Assembly: GCA_963755695.1 (NCBI GenBank) | Contig: CAVWLB010000009.1 | Coordinates: forward strand, 206,004 to 270,003 | Length of the DNA stretch: 64,000 nucleotides | Source of the DNA: an uncultured Acidobacteriota bacterium | GTDB lineage: Bacteria; Acidobacteriota; Vicinamibacteria; Vicinamibacterales; 2-12-FULL-66-21 | Reading direction: 5' to 3' | Shown: positions 1 through 9,807 of the stretch, piece by piece | Numbering within the stretch: the first letter of the stretch is position 1 | Layout: each line of letters begins with the position of its first letter | Made by a program: the position numbers and the translations under genes | The notes under the pieces: model-generated | What the model was told of the DNA's origin: nothing | Seen by the model: the letters and a program-made list of their open reading frames with translations, nothing else | The model's database searches: none

Positions 1-158
1 TCGCTGTAGGCGTAGACCGTGTCCTGACGCGCATGCGCGTGACGGTGAACTGGGAGGAGCTCGTCCTTCTCCCAGCGCTGAACGGTCCGGACCGACGTCT
101 TCAGGTAGCTGGCGATCTCCTTCCAGGACTCGAATCTCGTACGCGTAGACGCATCCAT
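1..158 (-). CDS. N-terminal part of an HTH-domain protein of the acidobacterial 'SWKEIA' type (usually fused to TPR/TolB-like domains); runs off the window edge
   Basis: Manual translation from ATG at 158: MDASTRTRFESWKEIASYLKTSVRTVQRWEKDELLPVHRHAHARQDTVYAYS; not in the ORF track because it is truncated. Confidence 0.8.
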   Translation of the reverse strand, partial: MDASTRTRFESWKEIASYLKTSVRTVQRWEKDELLPVHRHAHARQDTVYAYS

Positions 159-347
159 GAGGTGAATCCTAACGTCGTGGTGCAGTGAACCAGATCATCG
201 CCGTCCCTTCAATCACCGGCTCCGCTCAGGCGAACGACAATGCGCGACAGAGTGCGACAGGCGCAGTTTGCGCCTTGCTCCTGGCGGTCCGCCACGGCAC
301 TTTGTAGTCCTCGGCGGCGGCGTCGAGTACAGAACAGGAGGACTCGC

Positions 348-719
348 ATGGTGACGGAAAAGTCCAAGCTGCCGGTCGTCTTGGAGGTTCCAGGCGTGAC
401 CATTCAGTCAACGGACTGGAACGGCATGGCGGCTCTTTACGTGCGTCTCACTGCCGGGGCGGATTTTACGCCCGTTCTCAAAGGACTGGCCGACGATCTG
501 TGCAGTTGTCCGCACTGGGGGTACGTCACGAAGGGCGCCATCTACCTGAAGTACAAGGACGGCAGCGAGGAGATCGCACGGGCCGGCGACCTGTGGCACA
601 CCCCGCCCGGGCATACGGCGTGGTGCATCGAGGACAGCGAATTCATCGAGTTCAGCCCGCAACACGAGCTCGCGACACTGCTGGATCACGTTCGTAAGCA
701 GGTTCAGGCGTTGCGGTGA
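348..719 (+). CDS. Cupin-domain protein
   Basis: AGGAGG RBS at 336-341; cupin motifs C-x-C-P-H-W-G-Y and AGDLWHTPPGHTA. Confidence 0.8.
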   Translation: MVTEKSKLPVVLEVPGVTIQSTDWNGMAALYVRLTAGADFTPVLKGLADDLCSCPHWGYVTKGAIYLKYKDGSEEIARAGDLWHTPPGHTAWCIEDSEFIEFSPQHELATLLDHVRKQVQALR

Positions 720-892
720 TGCAGCCTCGAAGTATGGCCTGAACGTGCGCTCGACGACCACCGATCGAGGTACTGAAGGGTTGAAGTGACGTTGGTCAAG
801 ATCACTGCGGCGAGTGAGCCCGTTCGAATCCCGGAGAGTGTTTCCGTGCCCAAGGCAGCGAGAGACCTGGGCGATAAGGCGCGACTTCACGG

Positions 893-2158
893 TCAGTGAG
901 ATTTGCTGCCGGTACGCGCATCCTCTTCGGGCGGCTTCAGCGATCGAAATGCGCAGAACAACGACAGGTCGTAGGCGATCTTCAGTACGCCCGCGATGTA
1001 GAACGGGACGTCCACCAGCGAGGGACGTGCGAACAGCAGGCCCGCGAAGAGAGGGCTCAGAGCCGCGCCGGTGGTGCGCGCCACGCCGGTAATACCGGAG
1101 GCGGCAGCGCGCTCATTCGGCACCACCACGGCCATGGTGTACGACTGCCTGGTTGGAACGTCCATCTGGCTGATGCTGAACCGCAGGAGCAACATCAGCG
1201 TGGCCAGCGGCAGTGTGGGCATCAAGGGTATCAGCATCAACAGCACGTTCGACGGCAGATGCGTGACGACCATCGTGTTGACGAGACCGATGCGGTTGGC
1301 CAGGCGGGAAGCGACCAGCGCTGACAATCCGGCGAAGACGTTCGCCGCGAAGAACAGAACGCCCAGCGTCTTCGGGTCCACGCCGAACCGGAGGTAGAAC
1401 CAGTAGGCTGCGAAGCTCTGGACGACGAACCCTCCGCCAAACGAATCCAGCGCGAAGAGACCGGCGAGTCGGAGCACCACCCCTTGCGAGTCGTGCAACC
1501 CGGAGAGGCGGGCGAGCGGCGACCGTGGCGCAGCTTGCGCCGACTGCGGTGCTTCGACAGCCTCAGACGCCCTCAGGAACAACGCGCAGAGCGCCACGCC
1601 GATGCACGCATAGACCACGACGACGGCGCGATAGCTATTGACGGGCGTCCACCTGTGCTGAAGGGTATCGGTCAGCAGTCCTGCGGCGAGCGCGCCCAGC
1701 GCGGTCGCGATCGATCCCGCGAGCGTGTACCACGCAAACACGTCCGTTCGCGCCCGCGTCGGAACGACTTGCGACAGCGCCGCCTGTTCGATCGGCAGAA
1801 ACGGCCCGACCTCGTGGCCGCTGGGACTGATTACGCCGATCGTGCCGGCCAGCACGAGCAGCCAGAACCGATCCGTGAAGGCGAACGCAACACCTGCGGC
1901 CGCCATCAACGAAGCGCCGACGATGAGCATCCGGCGGCGCCCGAAGCGGTCGGCCCGAGTGGTGAGGTAGAGCGACACCAGCGTGTCGCCCAGCAAGGTT
2001 GCCGTGAGCAGCAGGCCCGTCGCCGATTCCGTGAGGCCGAGGCCGACCAGGTACAGCACCAGGATGACCGACAGTGCGCCGTAGGCGAATAGGCGAACGA
2101 ACCGCGTCGCAAACAGCAGGCGGCCGTCCACGGTGAGCGACCGGAGCGCGTCGAACAC
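893..2158 (-). CDS. MFS transporter
   Basis: About 12 hydrophobic segments; motif A-like ADRFGRRRML; SQMDVPTRQSY. Confidence 0.9.
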   Translation of the reverse strand: MFDALRSLTVDGRLLFATRFVRLFAYGALSVILVLYLVGLGLTESATGLLLTATLLGDTLVSLYLTTRADRFGRRRMLIVGASLMAAAGVAFAFTDRFWLLVLAGTIGVISPSGHEVGPFLPIEQAALSQVVPTRARTDVFAWYTLAGSIATALGALAAGLLTDTLQHRWTPVNSYRAVVVVYACIGVALCALFLRASEAVEAPQSAQAAPRSPLARLSGLHDSQGVVLRLAGLFALDSFGGGFVVQSFAAYWFYLRFGVDPKTLGVLFFAANVFAGLSALVASRLANRIGLVNTMVVTHLPSNVLLMLIPLMPTLPLATLMLLLRFSISQMDVPTRQSYTMAVVVPNERAAASGITGVARTTGAALSPLFAGLLFARPSLVDVPFYIAGVLKIAYDLSLFCAFRSLKPPEEDARTGSKSH

Positions 2159-2194
2159 GTCCCTCTGTTCCGCCTTCTGAGTCGCTCGAGCGGA

Positions 2195-3121
2195 TTATCG
2201 CGACGCCGTCGCGGTGCCGTGTTTTCCGAGTTCGTTGACCGCTGCCTTGAATCCCATCGCGAGCTTGTCGGCTGGGCCCGTACCCCAATAGTGGAGGAAG
2301 ATGATCATCGGACGATCGGCCGTCATGTGGTGATGAATGGCGACGACGTCCAAGCCGTTCTTGCGAAGCGCCTGCAATACCGGTGTCACTTCGCTTTCGA
2401 GCATCGCCACATCGCCTGCGACTGCCGCCTTTTCGTCCGTGCCCGTGAAAGCCGCCCACGTGTTCAGCCCCATGCGAGCGTTGATCGTCGCGCCCATCTC
2501 CACGATCTTCAGGTCACCGCGCCCGAGCGTGAACTTATAGACCGCTCCGTTCTGTTCGCCCTGAGTACCGACGATCTCAACGAGCTTGGCCGTGTTCAGT
2601 GCGTTCTGCGGTGCGGCCGCAGGCGCCGATGACGACGCCGGAGTTCCGGTCGATTTGCCGATGAGGGCGAGCGCCGGCTTCAGTTTCTGTGCGAGCTCCG
2701 CCGCAGTGCCGTGCGCGTGAACGTGCATGTAGTACATGCGTGGCTCATCCCCGAAAAAATGATTGTGCAGAGCGGTCACGTCGAAACCGTTATCGAGCAG
2801 GGCTGACATCACCGGATTCACCTCGTCCTGGAGGAGGACGAGATCTCCCATGAGCACCTGGTGGCCGCCGTCGCCCTTCGTCATGGCGACCCAGCCGCCA
2901 AAGCCAAACGGTGTGGGAGTGGGCACTCCCGCAACGGTCACTTTGACGTCGTTGCGCGGGATGTTGACTTTCAAGACGTTGTCTTTGAAGTCCCCCTGCT
3001 TCCCCAGCGTGGAGAGCACTTGCTGATACTCAGGCGGCATCTCCTGTGCCCACGACGCGTACGACACGGTTCCCAGCGCAACCGCGAAGATGCCTGTACG
3101 AACACCGATCCTGTTGAACAT
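2195..3121 (-). CDS. Secreted protein with two DUF1259 (LppY/LpqO-like) domains
   Basis: Signal peptide; duplicated His-rich motifs VTALHNHF..P..YYMH and VVAIHHHM..P..FLHYWG; start MFNR at 3121 with AAGGGAGA RBS. Confidence 0.85.
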   Translation of the reverse strand: MFNRIGVRTGIFAVALGTVSYASWAQEMPPEYQQVLSTLGKQGDFKDNVLKVNIPRNDVKVTVAGVPTPTPFGFGGWVAMTKGDGGHQVLMGDLVLLQDEVNPVMSALLDNGFDVTALHNHFFGDEPRMYYMHVHAHGTAAELAQKLKPALALIGKSTGTPASSSAPAAAPQNALNTAKLVEIVGTQGEQNGAVYKFTLGRGDLKIVEMGATINARMGLNTWAAFTGTDEKAAVAGDVAMLESEVTPVLQALRKNGLDVVAIHHHMTADRPMIIFLHYWGTGPADKLAMGFKAAVNELGKHGTATASR

Positions 3122-3198
3122 CGATCTATCTCCCTTGAGAGCCACACCATCCACCATTCTGTACCAGCGACGCGACTGCATCGAAACTGATACAGAAG

Positions 3199-3400
3199 TC
3201 AGGACTGCTTCGGCAAGCGCCGAACGGCTGACGTACGCCCCCGAGTCCCTCTCCTCTTAGCTCGGATTGGCTTCTCGGACGAGCTGAGCGATTGAAAAAG
3301 GGCCTCGAAGGTTTCCATGCCGGCCCGCAGCAGTGCATCGTCGTCGGACTGCCCACGGTTCGCTCGCGGCTCCGGCAGCGCCAGTACCGCCCGTGGAACC
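3199..3400 (-). pseudogene. Probable C-terminal remnant of a ChrB-like chromate-resistance protein
   Basis: DDDALLRAGMETFEALFQS resembles the ChrB C-terminus; upstream sequence lacks the rest; lies just upstream of DUF1259 and MFS genes. Confidence 0.4.
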
Positions 3401-3588
3401 TGCTCAAGCGTTGCGCCAAATCCACGTTCGTGGGGCTTCGTCAACACGCATCGTGGCCAGATCAACGGGTCGAGAAACTGTCCCGCGCGGCGATTCCACC
3501 TCACACGATCGTCCGAAGTGTGGGACACAAATGAGCCTCAGACTTTACGGCGATCCCTGCACAAGGCGCCCAAAGCGCGGCTCGCCCG

Positions 3589-3604
3589 AGGAACAGGAAT
3601 TGCA
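3589..3604 (+). promoter_or_regulatory. Sigma54-like -24/-12 promoter
   Basis: AGGAACAGGAATTGCA (GG-N10-GC) about 40 bp before ATG 3644. Confidence 0.45.
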
Positions 3605-3643
3605 GCCGAGTCCGTCAGGCCCCCGGATTGACGCTGCCCCGAG

Positions 3644-4612
3644 ATGAAAACGCTTGTCGTCACGGGTGTCCTGACGCTGATTGCATCCCACGCTTTCGCG
3701 CAAACGCCTGATTCGATACCTCCCTCCGCTCGCTCAACCACCGCTGTCGAGACCGACCTGGGCACGCCGACGGGGCAAGAGGTGAGTGCTGCCATTGCCA
3801 GCTACACCTATCGCGAGCCTGGTGCCCAAAGCATCTCGATACAGGGCGCCAAGTTCGTGGGCGAGTACACCGGCACGCTGTCGCTCAACAAGCGCCAGCA
3901 CTGGTTTGCCAACGCCCAACTGCGGGGCACCGTCGGTAATGCCGCCTACGACGGCTGGTGCTCACCGTTCTTGATCACGCCCAGCGGCGCGTCGCCAAAT
4001 GGCTATGAGCTCGATGTGGGAAACGCGTCACCGTGCAGCGAGACTGGCGACAAGGACTGGTATTTGGAAGCCCGCGCCCTAACCGGTAAGGATTTGATCG
4101 GTCAACGATGGGCGTGGTCGCCCTATTCCGGCCTGGGTCTCCGTCATTTGTCGAATGGCACGAGCGGCATCCCCGGATACCGAACGGATGATTATCTTTA
4201 CCTGCCTGTCGGCATGACGGCACGCCGCAGCGTTGCTTCGCATGGGGCGCTGAGTTTCAACCTGGAATTCGATCGCCTGATCCACGGTTGGCAAAAGACG
4301 CGCGATTCGGATTTAGGTGGAGGCGAGGTTCCAGCGACGACGACGGCGCCGGCGTTCACGATCGATGGCTTTAGGGATATCGCGTTCTCTCAGTCTGGAG
4401 GATGGGCACTGCGTGCAAGTGCGAAATATCCGGTGACCAGGCGCGTGTCGCTGGAGCCGTACTATGTGCGCTGGAACGTCAGCTCCTCGCCAGTCAATTA
4501 TGAAACGGCGACGTTCACGGTCAACAGTGTGACCGCCCAGGAGCAACTTGGCGCCTACGAACCCTTCAACGTCACCAACGAGTTCGGCGTGAGACTGGGC
4601 GTCCATTTTTGA
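3644..4612 (+). CDS. Outer-membrane beta-barrel protein of unknown function
   Basis: Signal peptide (ASHAFA-Q); aromatic, alternating beta-strand pattern; ends EFGVRLGVHF (BAM-type terminal Phe). Confidence 0.7.
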   Translation: MKTLVVTGVLTLIASHAFAQTPDSIPPSARSTTAVETDLGTPTGQEVSAAIASYTYREPGAQSISIQGAKFVGEYTGTLSLNKRQHWFANAQLRGTVGNAAYDGWCSPFLITPSGASPNGYELDVGNASPCSETGDKDWYLEARALTGKDLIGQRWAWSPYSGLGLRHLSNGTSGIPGYRTDDYLYLPVGMTARRSVASHGALSFNLEFDRLIHGWQKTRDSDLGGGEVPATTTAPAFTIDGFRDIAFSQSGGWALRASAKYPVTRRVSLEPYYVRWNVSSSPVNYETATFTVNSVTAQEQLGAYEPFNVTNEFGVRLGVHF

Positions 4613-4747
4613 GGGACCGATGCTCATGTTGAGATGACCCGAACGCGAGCCTCGCAGGAAGGTCCGGGTCACCGTCCGGTGGCTCGGGAAAAAAATGCGC
4701 GAAATACACGCGGTTGACCGGTAATATCTCTCGCGGGCTCACCTTCA

Positions 4748-5683
4748 ATGATTCCGAGTCGCCGTGACTTCCTCAAGGCGCTGACGGCCGGTCCGCTAGT
4801 ACTTGTCCCGCAGCGTCCGGCCGCGGTGACCACTGTCAACGGCGTCGTGTTCGGCGTCGAGACCTTCAGCTTCCACGATCTGCCGCCGGCCGGCGACCCG
4901 CAGCTCATTCCGACGATCGTCAAGAACCTGCAGACACTTGGCATCGTCGAGTGCGAGATCATGTCCGGCCACATCGAGCCGTTTGCCAGTGTGATGACCG
5001 GCTGGTGGGTGCAGAGTCGCCGTTCGGCGGACTTCGCGCGGCTGCGGGAGGAGGCGCGACAATGGCGGCTCACCGTGCCGATGACGTCACTACCGGGACA
5101 TCCGGCGGCGATTCGAGGACGCGGGGCTGCGGATTTACCTTTACAACGTCAACTTCAACGAGACCTTCACCGACGCAGAGCGTGATCGGACGTTCGAAGC
5201 GGCGCGTGAACTCGGCGCCGAAGGGTTCAGCTCGTCCACGGGTACTCTCGGAGGCGCGGCGGCTCGTGCCGTTCGCGCAGAAGCACAAGATGTTCGTGGC
5301 GATGCACAACCACAATAATCTCGCTGATCCCGATCAGTTCGCGACGCCCGCGAGCTTCGAGACCGCGCTGGCCATGTCGCCGCTGTTCTACGTGACACTC
5401 GACATCGGGCACTTCACCGCCGGCAACAACGATCCGGTCGCCTTCATTCGTCAGCATCACGGCCGCATCATCAACATCCACGTGCGCGACCGAAAGCGGA
5501 ACAACGGCCCGAACCGGCCGTTCGGACAGGGAGACACGCCGATTTCCGACGTGCTCCGTCTCATCAGGGACAACCGGTACTCGATTCGCTGCTATCTCGA
5601 ATACGAGTATGGGTCCTTCCGGCCGTCGTTGGACGAAGTCCAGACCTGTTTCGAGTACCTGCAGGCGCGTGCTCGAGTCATGA
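4748..5683 (+). CDS. Tat-exported sugar phosphate isomerase/epimerase (xylose isomerase-like TIM barrel); three frameshifts in this sequence
   Basis: SRRDFLK Tat motif; MHNH, LDIGH, IHVRD and LEYE metal motifs; one continuous protein is restored by removing a base near 5085, 5241 and 5659, ending FEYCRRVLES-TGA. Confidence 0.75.
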
Positions 5684-6366
5684 CAGCACTGACGCGTGTT
5701 CGCGCGTACGGGCTTCTGGCGGTCGTTGTGCCGATGCTTACGATTGGACTTCGACTGGATGCGCGGCAGGAACGTGACGCCGGCGGCCTCAAGGCGCCGA
5801 CCGCGGCGCTCGAGCGAGGCCGTGGGGTCTACGTACTCAACCATTGTCATTTCTGTCACGGCGTGGATCTGACGCAGGCGACGATGGGCGCGGCCAATCT
5901 CTCGCAGTCGTCGTTCGTCGGCGCAGACCAGGACGGGAACATGCTCGGCCCGCTCGTCAAAGCCGGTTTGCCGAACCTGCAGACGGCGATGCCGAGCTAC
6001 GCGGAGCTGACCCCGGAGGAGATCGTCGATCTCGCCCGATACATTCACTTTCTTCGTCAACAGGCGCGCTTCAAAGAGCTCAACCGCCTGGCCGACACGC
6101 CAGCCGGTGACCGCACGGCCGGTGAGGCGTACTTCGACGGCGAGGCCAACTGCCGCGCATGTCATTCGGTGACCGGTGACCTGGCGGGCATCGGCCGCAA
6201 GTACGATACTGCGACGCTTCGCGCGCGGCTGCTCAGACCAGGTCCCACGAGGCCGAGCGAAGGCGAGGGCCCGACGGCGGGTCAGGCCGCGCACCTCAAG
6301 CTGCTCGAAAACTACACGGCGGCCAACGTGCAGGACCTCGTCGCGTATCTCGGCGCGAGTCGGTAA
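5680..6366 (+). CDS. Diheme c-type cytochrome
   Basis: Signal/TM segment; CHFCH and CRACH; AMP distal-Met motif; ATGA overlap with the upstream gene. Confidence 0.85.
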   Translation: MTALTRVRAYGLLAVVVPMLTIGLRLDARQERDAGGLKAPTAALERGRGVYVLNHCHFCHGVDLTQATMGAANLSQSSFVGADQDGNMLGPLVKAGLPNLQTAMPSYAELTPEEIVDLARYIHFLRQQARFKELNRLADTPAGDRTAGEAYFDGEANCRACHSVTGDLAGIGRKYDTATLRARLLRPGPTRPSEGEGPTAGQAAHLKLLENYTAANVQDLVAYLGASR

Positions 6367-6449
6367 TTCAAGAATCTCGAGCTCGCCCTGTTGCCGGTCC
6401 TCCCGGTTGAAAGCGTGAGAGTACAGATGCGTTGACCCTGGAGATGTCG

Positions 6450-8882
6450 ATGACCACGATGTTTCAGGATGGACTCACCGAACTGCGACTCGCCACGCGG
6501 GCGCTCGCGAAGCGGCCAGGATATGCGTGCGTCGCATCCTTCACACTCGCTCTCGGAATCGGCGCGAGCCTCGCGATCTTCACCGTTGTCAACTCTGTAC
6601 TGATTCGGCCGTTGCCCTATCCGGATTCCGACCGCATCGTCCAGGTACGGCATCACGCGCCCGGTCTGAACATGCCGGATCTCGAGAGCGCGCCCGGACT
6701 CATCCAACGGTACCGCCAAAGCGCGCGCACACTGACACCGATGGCGGCCTACAACAACCGTCGGGTGAACCTGGCGGGGAGCGGAAGTCCCGAGCGGGTG
6801 AACGCGGGGGCGGTCACGGCGGAACTGTTCGACGTGCTTGCGACGCGTCCCATCCTGGGCCGGCCGTTCCATGAGGCGGATGCCCGGCAGGGTGCGCCGC
6901 TCGTCGCTATTCTCACCTACGACATGTGGCAGACCCGTTTCGGCGCGGATCCCGGTGTCGTCGGCCGCACTGTCCAGCTCGATGGCCGCACGGCCGAAGT
7001 CGTCGGAGTGATGCCGCGCGGATTCGAGTTTCCGGCTCGCGACACCCGGCTGCTCGTTCCGCTGCCGCTCGATCCGAAAGACGGGTTCGGCACATTCGGC
7101 CTTTCAGGCCTGGCGCGCCTTCGGCCTGGAGTCACCCTCGACGCCGCAAGGAATGAAGTCAACCAGTTGCAGCAGCGAATTCCCGAGTGGTTTCCCGAGC
7201 TCACGAAGGAAACGCTGGACGGATTTCGCTGGTCGGTCACCGTCGAGCCGTTGCTCGACCGCGTCGTCCACCGCGTGGCCCCCACGTTGTGGATTCTCCT
7301 CGGTACCGTTGCGCTCGTTCTGCTCGTGGCAGGAGCAAACGTCGCCAACCTGTTTCTCGTGCGCGCGGAATCGCGTCAGCGGGAAATCGCGGTGCGGGCG
7401 GCGCTCGGCGCGAGCCGCGGCCGGATCGCCGGGACGTTTCTTGCGGAAAGCGTCGTCCTCGCGCTGACCGGCGGATCGATGGGCGTGCTGCTGGCGGCTG
7501 CTGGAACCCGCCTGCTCGTGGCGCGCGGCCCCGCGCAGTTGCCCCGCCTGCACGAGGTGAGCATGGACGCGCGCGGGTTCCTGTTTGCTGCCGCCCTGAG
7601 CGCGCTGACCGCGCTCGCGCTCGGGATGCTCCCGGCGGTGCGGCTTGCGCGACGGTCTTACGCCACCGCGATTCGCGAACCGGGACGCGGCGTCACGGCC
7701 GGGCGGGATCGTCACCGGGTCCGGCAGTTGCTCATCGTGGCGCAAGTCGCCATGGCGCTCGTGCTGCTGGTCGCGTCCGGGTTGATGGTTCGAAGCGCTG
7801 CGCGCCTGAACGCGGTCGATCCCGGATTCCGGCCCGACGGACTTCTCGTCGTGGGTGTGAGCCTTGGAGGCGAGCGCAATCGCGCGCGGGCGGTGACGTT
7901 CTACCATCAGGTGCTGGACGAAATGGCGCGTGTGCCTGGCGTGACCGCTGTCGGTGGCGCGGGCAGCCTCCCGATTGCGGCAACAAGCCTGAACGGAACG
8001 AGCTTCGAGATCCGGTCGCGCCCGCGGCCGGAGAACCAGGTGCCCCCCTCCACGATGTACAACGCGGTGACCGCCGGCTATTTCGAAACGCTCGGCGTCC
8101 CGTTTCTCGAGGGGCGCGCGCCGGATCGCGCCGACGCGGACAACGCGCGCGCGGTCGCCTGGGTGAACCAGGCTTTCGCGCGCCAGTTTCTCGGCGGCCG
8201 TGCCATCGGCGAGTCGATCCAGCTTCAGAACACGTGGCTCGACATCGTCGGCGTCGTCGGCGACATGCGCACGATGGGACTGCGCGAGCCGGTGCGGCCG
8301 ATGGTGTACGTGCCGCCAAGCAACGCCGCCGCTGATCTGGACGTTCTCTACGCCGTCATTCGGACCAGCAGCGCCCCGGCCTCACTTGCCCCGTCACTGC
8401 GCACGGCGGTCGATCGGGTGAATGCGTCCGTGCCGCTGACCACAGCGCAGACGATGACGGAGATCGTGGCGGCGTCGGTGGTCCAGGCGTCGTTTACGCT
8501 GACGTTGCTCGCCATCGCCGCGGGAATCGCGCTCGCGCTCGGCGTCGTTGGACTCTATGGCGCGATCAGTTACATCGTCACCGACCGCACGGCCGAAATC
8601 GGGATCCGCGTCGCGCTCGGCGCCAGTCCGGCCGCAGTGCGGGCGATGGTCCTCCGTCAGGGCGTGGGAGTCGCGCTCGCGGGTGTTGCCGTGGGACTCT
8701 GGGTCGCGTCGCTGACGACCGGCCTCATGGGCTCGCTGCTGTTTGAGATCTCCCCGCGCGACCCGATTACGTTCGGGACAGTCGCCTGCATGCTCGTCGC
8801 CGTGAGCGCCCTCGCAACGCTCCTGCCGGCGCGGCGGGCGGCCGGCATCGACCCGCTGAACGCGCTTCGTAGTCAAGGTTGA
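6450..8882 (+). CDS. ADOP-family duplicated ABC permease (MacB_PCD/FtsX x2)
   Basis: TLALGIGA..IF.VVN.VL.RPLPY; ANVANLFL.RAE.RQREIAVR.ALGA; RTAEIGIRVALGA; DP..ALR terminus. Confidence 0.92.
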   Translation: MTTMFQDGLTELRLATRALAKRPGYACVASFTLALGIGASLAIFTVVNSVLIRPLPYPDSDRIVQVRHHAPGLNMPDLESAPGLIQRYRQSARTLTPMAAYNNRRVNLAGSGSPERVNAGAVTAELFDVLATRPILGRPFHEADARQGAPLVAILTYDMWQTRFGADPGVVGRTVQLDGRTAEVVGVMPRGFEFPARDTRLLVPLPLDPKDGFGTFGLSGLARLRPGVTLDAARNEVNQLQQRIPEWFPELTKETLDGFRWSVTVEPLLDRVVHRVAPTLWILLGTVALVLLVAGANVANLFLVRAESRQREIAVRAALGASRGRIAGTFLAESVVLALTGGSMGVLLAAAGTRLLVARGPAQLPRLHEVSMDARGFLFAAALSALTALALGMLPAVRLARRSYATAIREPGRGVTAGRDRHRVRQLLIVAQVAMALVLLVASGLMVRSAARLNAVDPGFRPDGLLVVGVSLGGERNRARAVTFYHQVLDEMARVPGVTAVGGAGSLPIAATSLNGTSFEIRSRPRPENQVPPSTMYNAVTAGYFETLGVPFLEGRAPDRADADNARAVAWVNQAFARQFLGGRAIGESIQLQNTWLDIVGVVGDMRTMGLREPVRPMVYVPPSNAAADLDVLYAVIRTSSAPASLAPSLRTAVDRVNASVPLTTAQTMTEIVAASVVQASFTLTLLAIAAGIALALGVVGLYGAISYIVTDRTAEIGIRVALGASPAAVRAMVLRQGVGVALAGVAVGLWVASLTTGLMGSLLFEISPRDPITFGTVACMLVAVSALATLLPARRAAGIDPLNALRSQG

Positions 8883-8904
8883 GCACTCAGGTGGCGAGCT
8901 CTGA

Positions 8905-8947
8905 ACATATCGAATATCAACTACGTATTTGATGATATTCGATATGT
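8905..8947. promoter_or_regulatory. Perfect 15-bp inverted repeat, likely operator
   Basis: ACATATCGAATATCA (8905-8919), 13-nt spacer, TGATATTCGATATGT (8933-8947), directly upstream of the DUF2975-HTH operon. Confidence 0.65.
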
Positions 8948-8982
8948 CTGTTATTGTTATTCAACAAATGAAGCACAGCAGA

Positions 8983-9501
8983 ATGGCTCAGGCTTTTCCC
9001 TCGGCCCTGTCGACGGCCCGGACCATGGTGCGGACGTTAATCGTCCTGAACCTGGTCCTCGGCGTGGGGATATTTGCGCTGTTCGTAGCGAGCCTCGTCG
9101 CGAGTGACGCGGTGTTCGCAGCGCTCGGGGTGACCGTCACGAATGCCAGGTTGATCGATGGGATGCGTCTCATCATGGCAATCGGGCTCTGCTCGGTGCC
9201 GCTGACGCACATCCTGCTGACCCGCTTGCTCGCGATCGTCGAGACCGTTCGACGCGGCGACCCGTTCGTGGCCGGCAACGCCGCGCGCCTGCAGACGACA
9301 GCCTGGGCGCTCCTCGGCCTCGAGCTGCTGCATCTGGCCGTCGGCGCCATCGCCGCCGCGGCCTCTTCCGCATCCCAAACGCTCGATCTGAACTGGAACT
9401 TCTCCGTCAGCGGCTGGCTCGCCGTGCTCCTCCTGTTCGTGCTTGCCCGCGTCTTCGATCACGGCACGCGGATGCGCGACGATCTCGAAGGCACGGTCTG
9501 A
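8983..9501 (+). CDS. DUF2975-domain membrane protein
   Basis: Four TM segments; GDPFV..NA.RL; LARVF..G..MRDDLEGTV. Confidence 0.85.
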   Translation: MAQAFPSALSTARTMVRTLIVLNLVLGVGIFALFVASLVASDAVFAALGVTVTNARLIDGMRLIMAIGLCSVPLTHILLTRLLAIVETVRRGDPFVAGNAARLQTTAWALLGLELLHLAVGAIAAAASSASQTLDLNWNFSVSGWLAVLLLFVLARVFDHGTRMRDDLEGTV

Positions 9502-9503
9502 TC

Positions 9504-9803
9504 ATGCCCATCGTAGTGAAACTCGACGACATGCTACACGCCCGGCGGATGACGCTCACGGAACTTGCCGAGCGGATCGGCATCACGCTCGCGAATCTCT
9601 CGATCCTCAAGACCGGTAAGGCGCGCGCGGTGCGGTTCTCGACGCTCGAAGCGATCTGCGACGTGATGCAGTGCCAACCGGGAGATCTGCTCGAATACGC
9701 GCCATCATCGATGGCACAGGAGGCGGCCGATCGCGCGATCGCGCCTTCCGCCGCGCGCCTGCCGCTCAAACGTCCGTTGGACGCCGTCCCGGAAGAGGCT
9801 TAG
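9504..9803 (+). CDS. Cro/C1-type HTH regulator (YozG-like)
   Basis: LTELAERIGITLANLSILKTGKARAVRFSTLEAIC....CQPGDLLEY. Confidence 0.92.
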   Translation: MPIVVKLDDMLHARRMTLTELAERIGITLANLSILKTGKARAVRFSTLEAICDVMQCQPGDLLEYAPSSMAQEAADRAIAPSAARLPLKRPLDAVPEEA

Positions 9804-9807
9804 CAAC

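Noticed and set aside
810-835. GTTCGAATCCC resembling a tRNA T-loop
   Set aside because: No T-stem pairing, cloverleaf or CCA end around it
4951-6366. 471-aa ORF that looks like an isomerase-cytochrome c fusion
   Set aside because: Removing one C at about 5659 gives a normal stop overlapping the cytochrome ATG, and the cytochrome has its own signal sequence; likely a frameshift artefact
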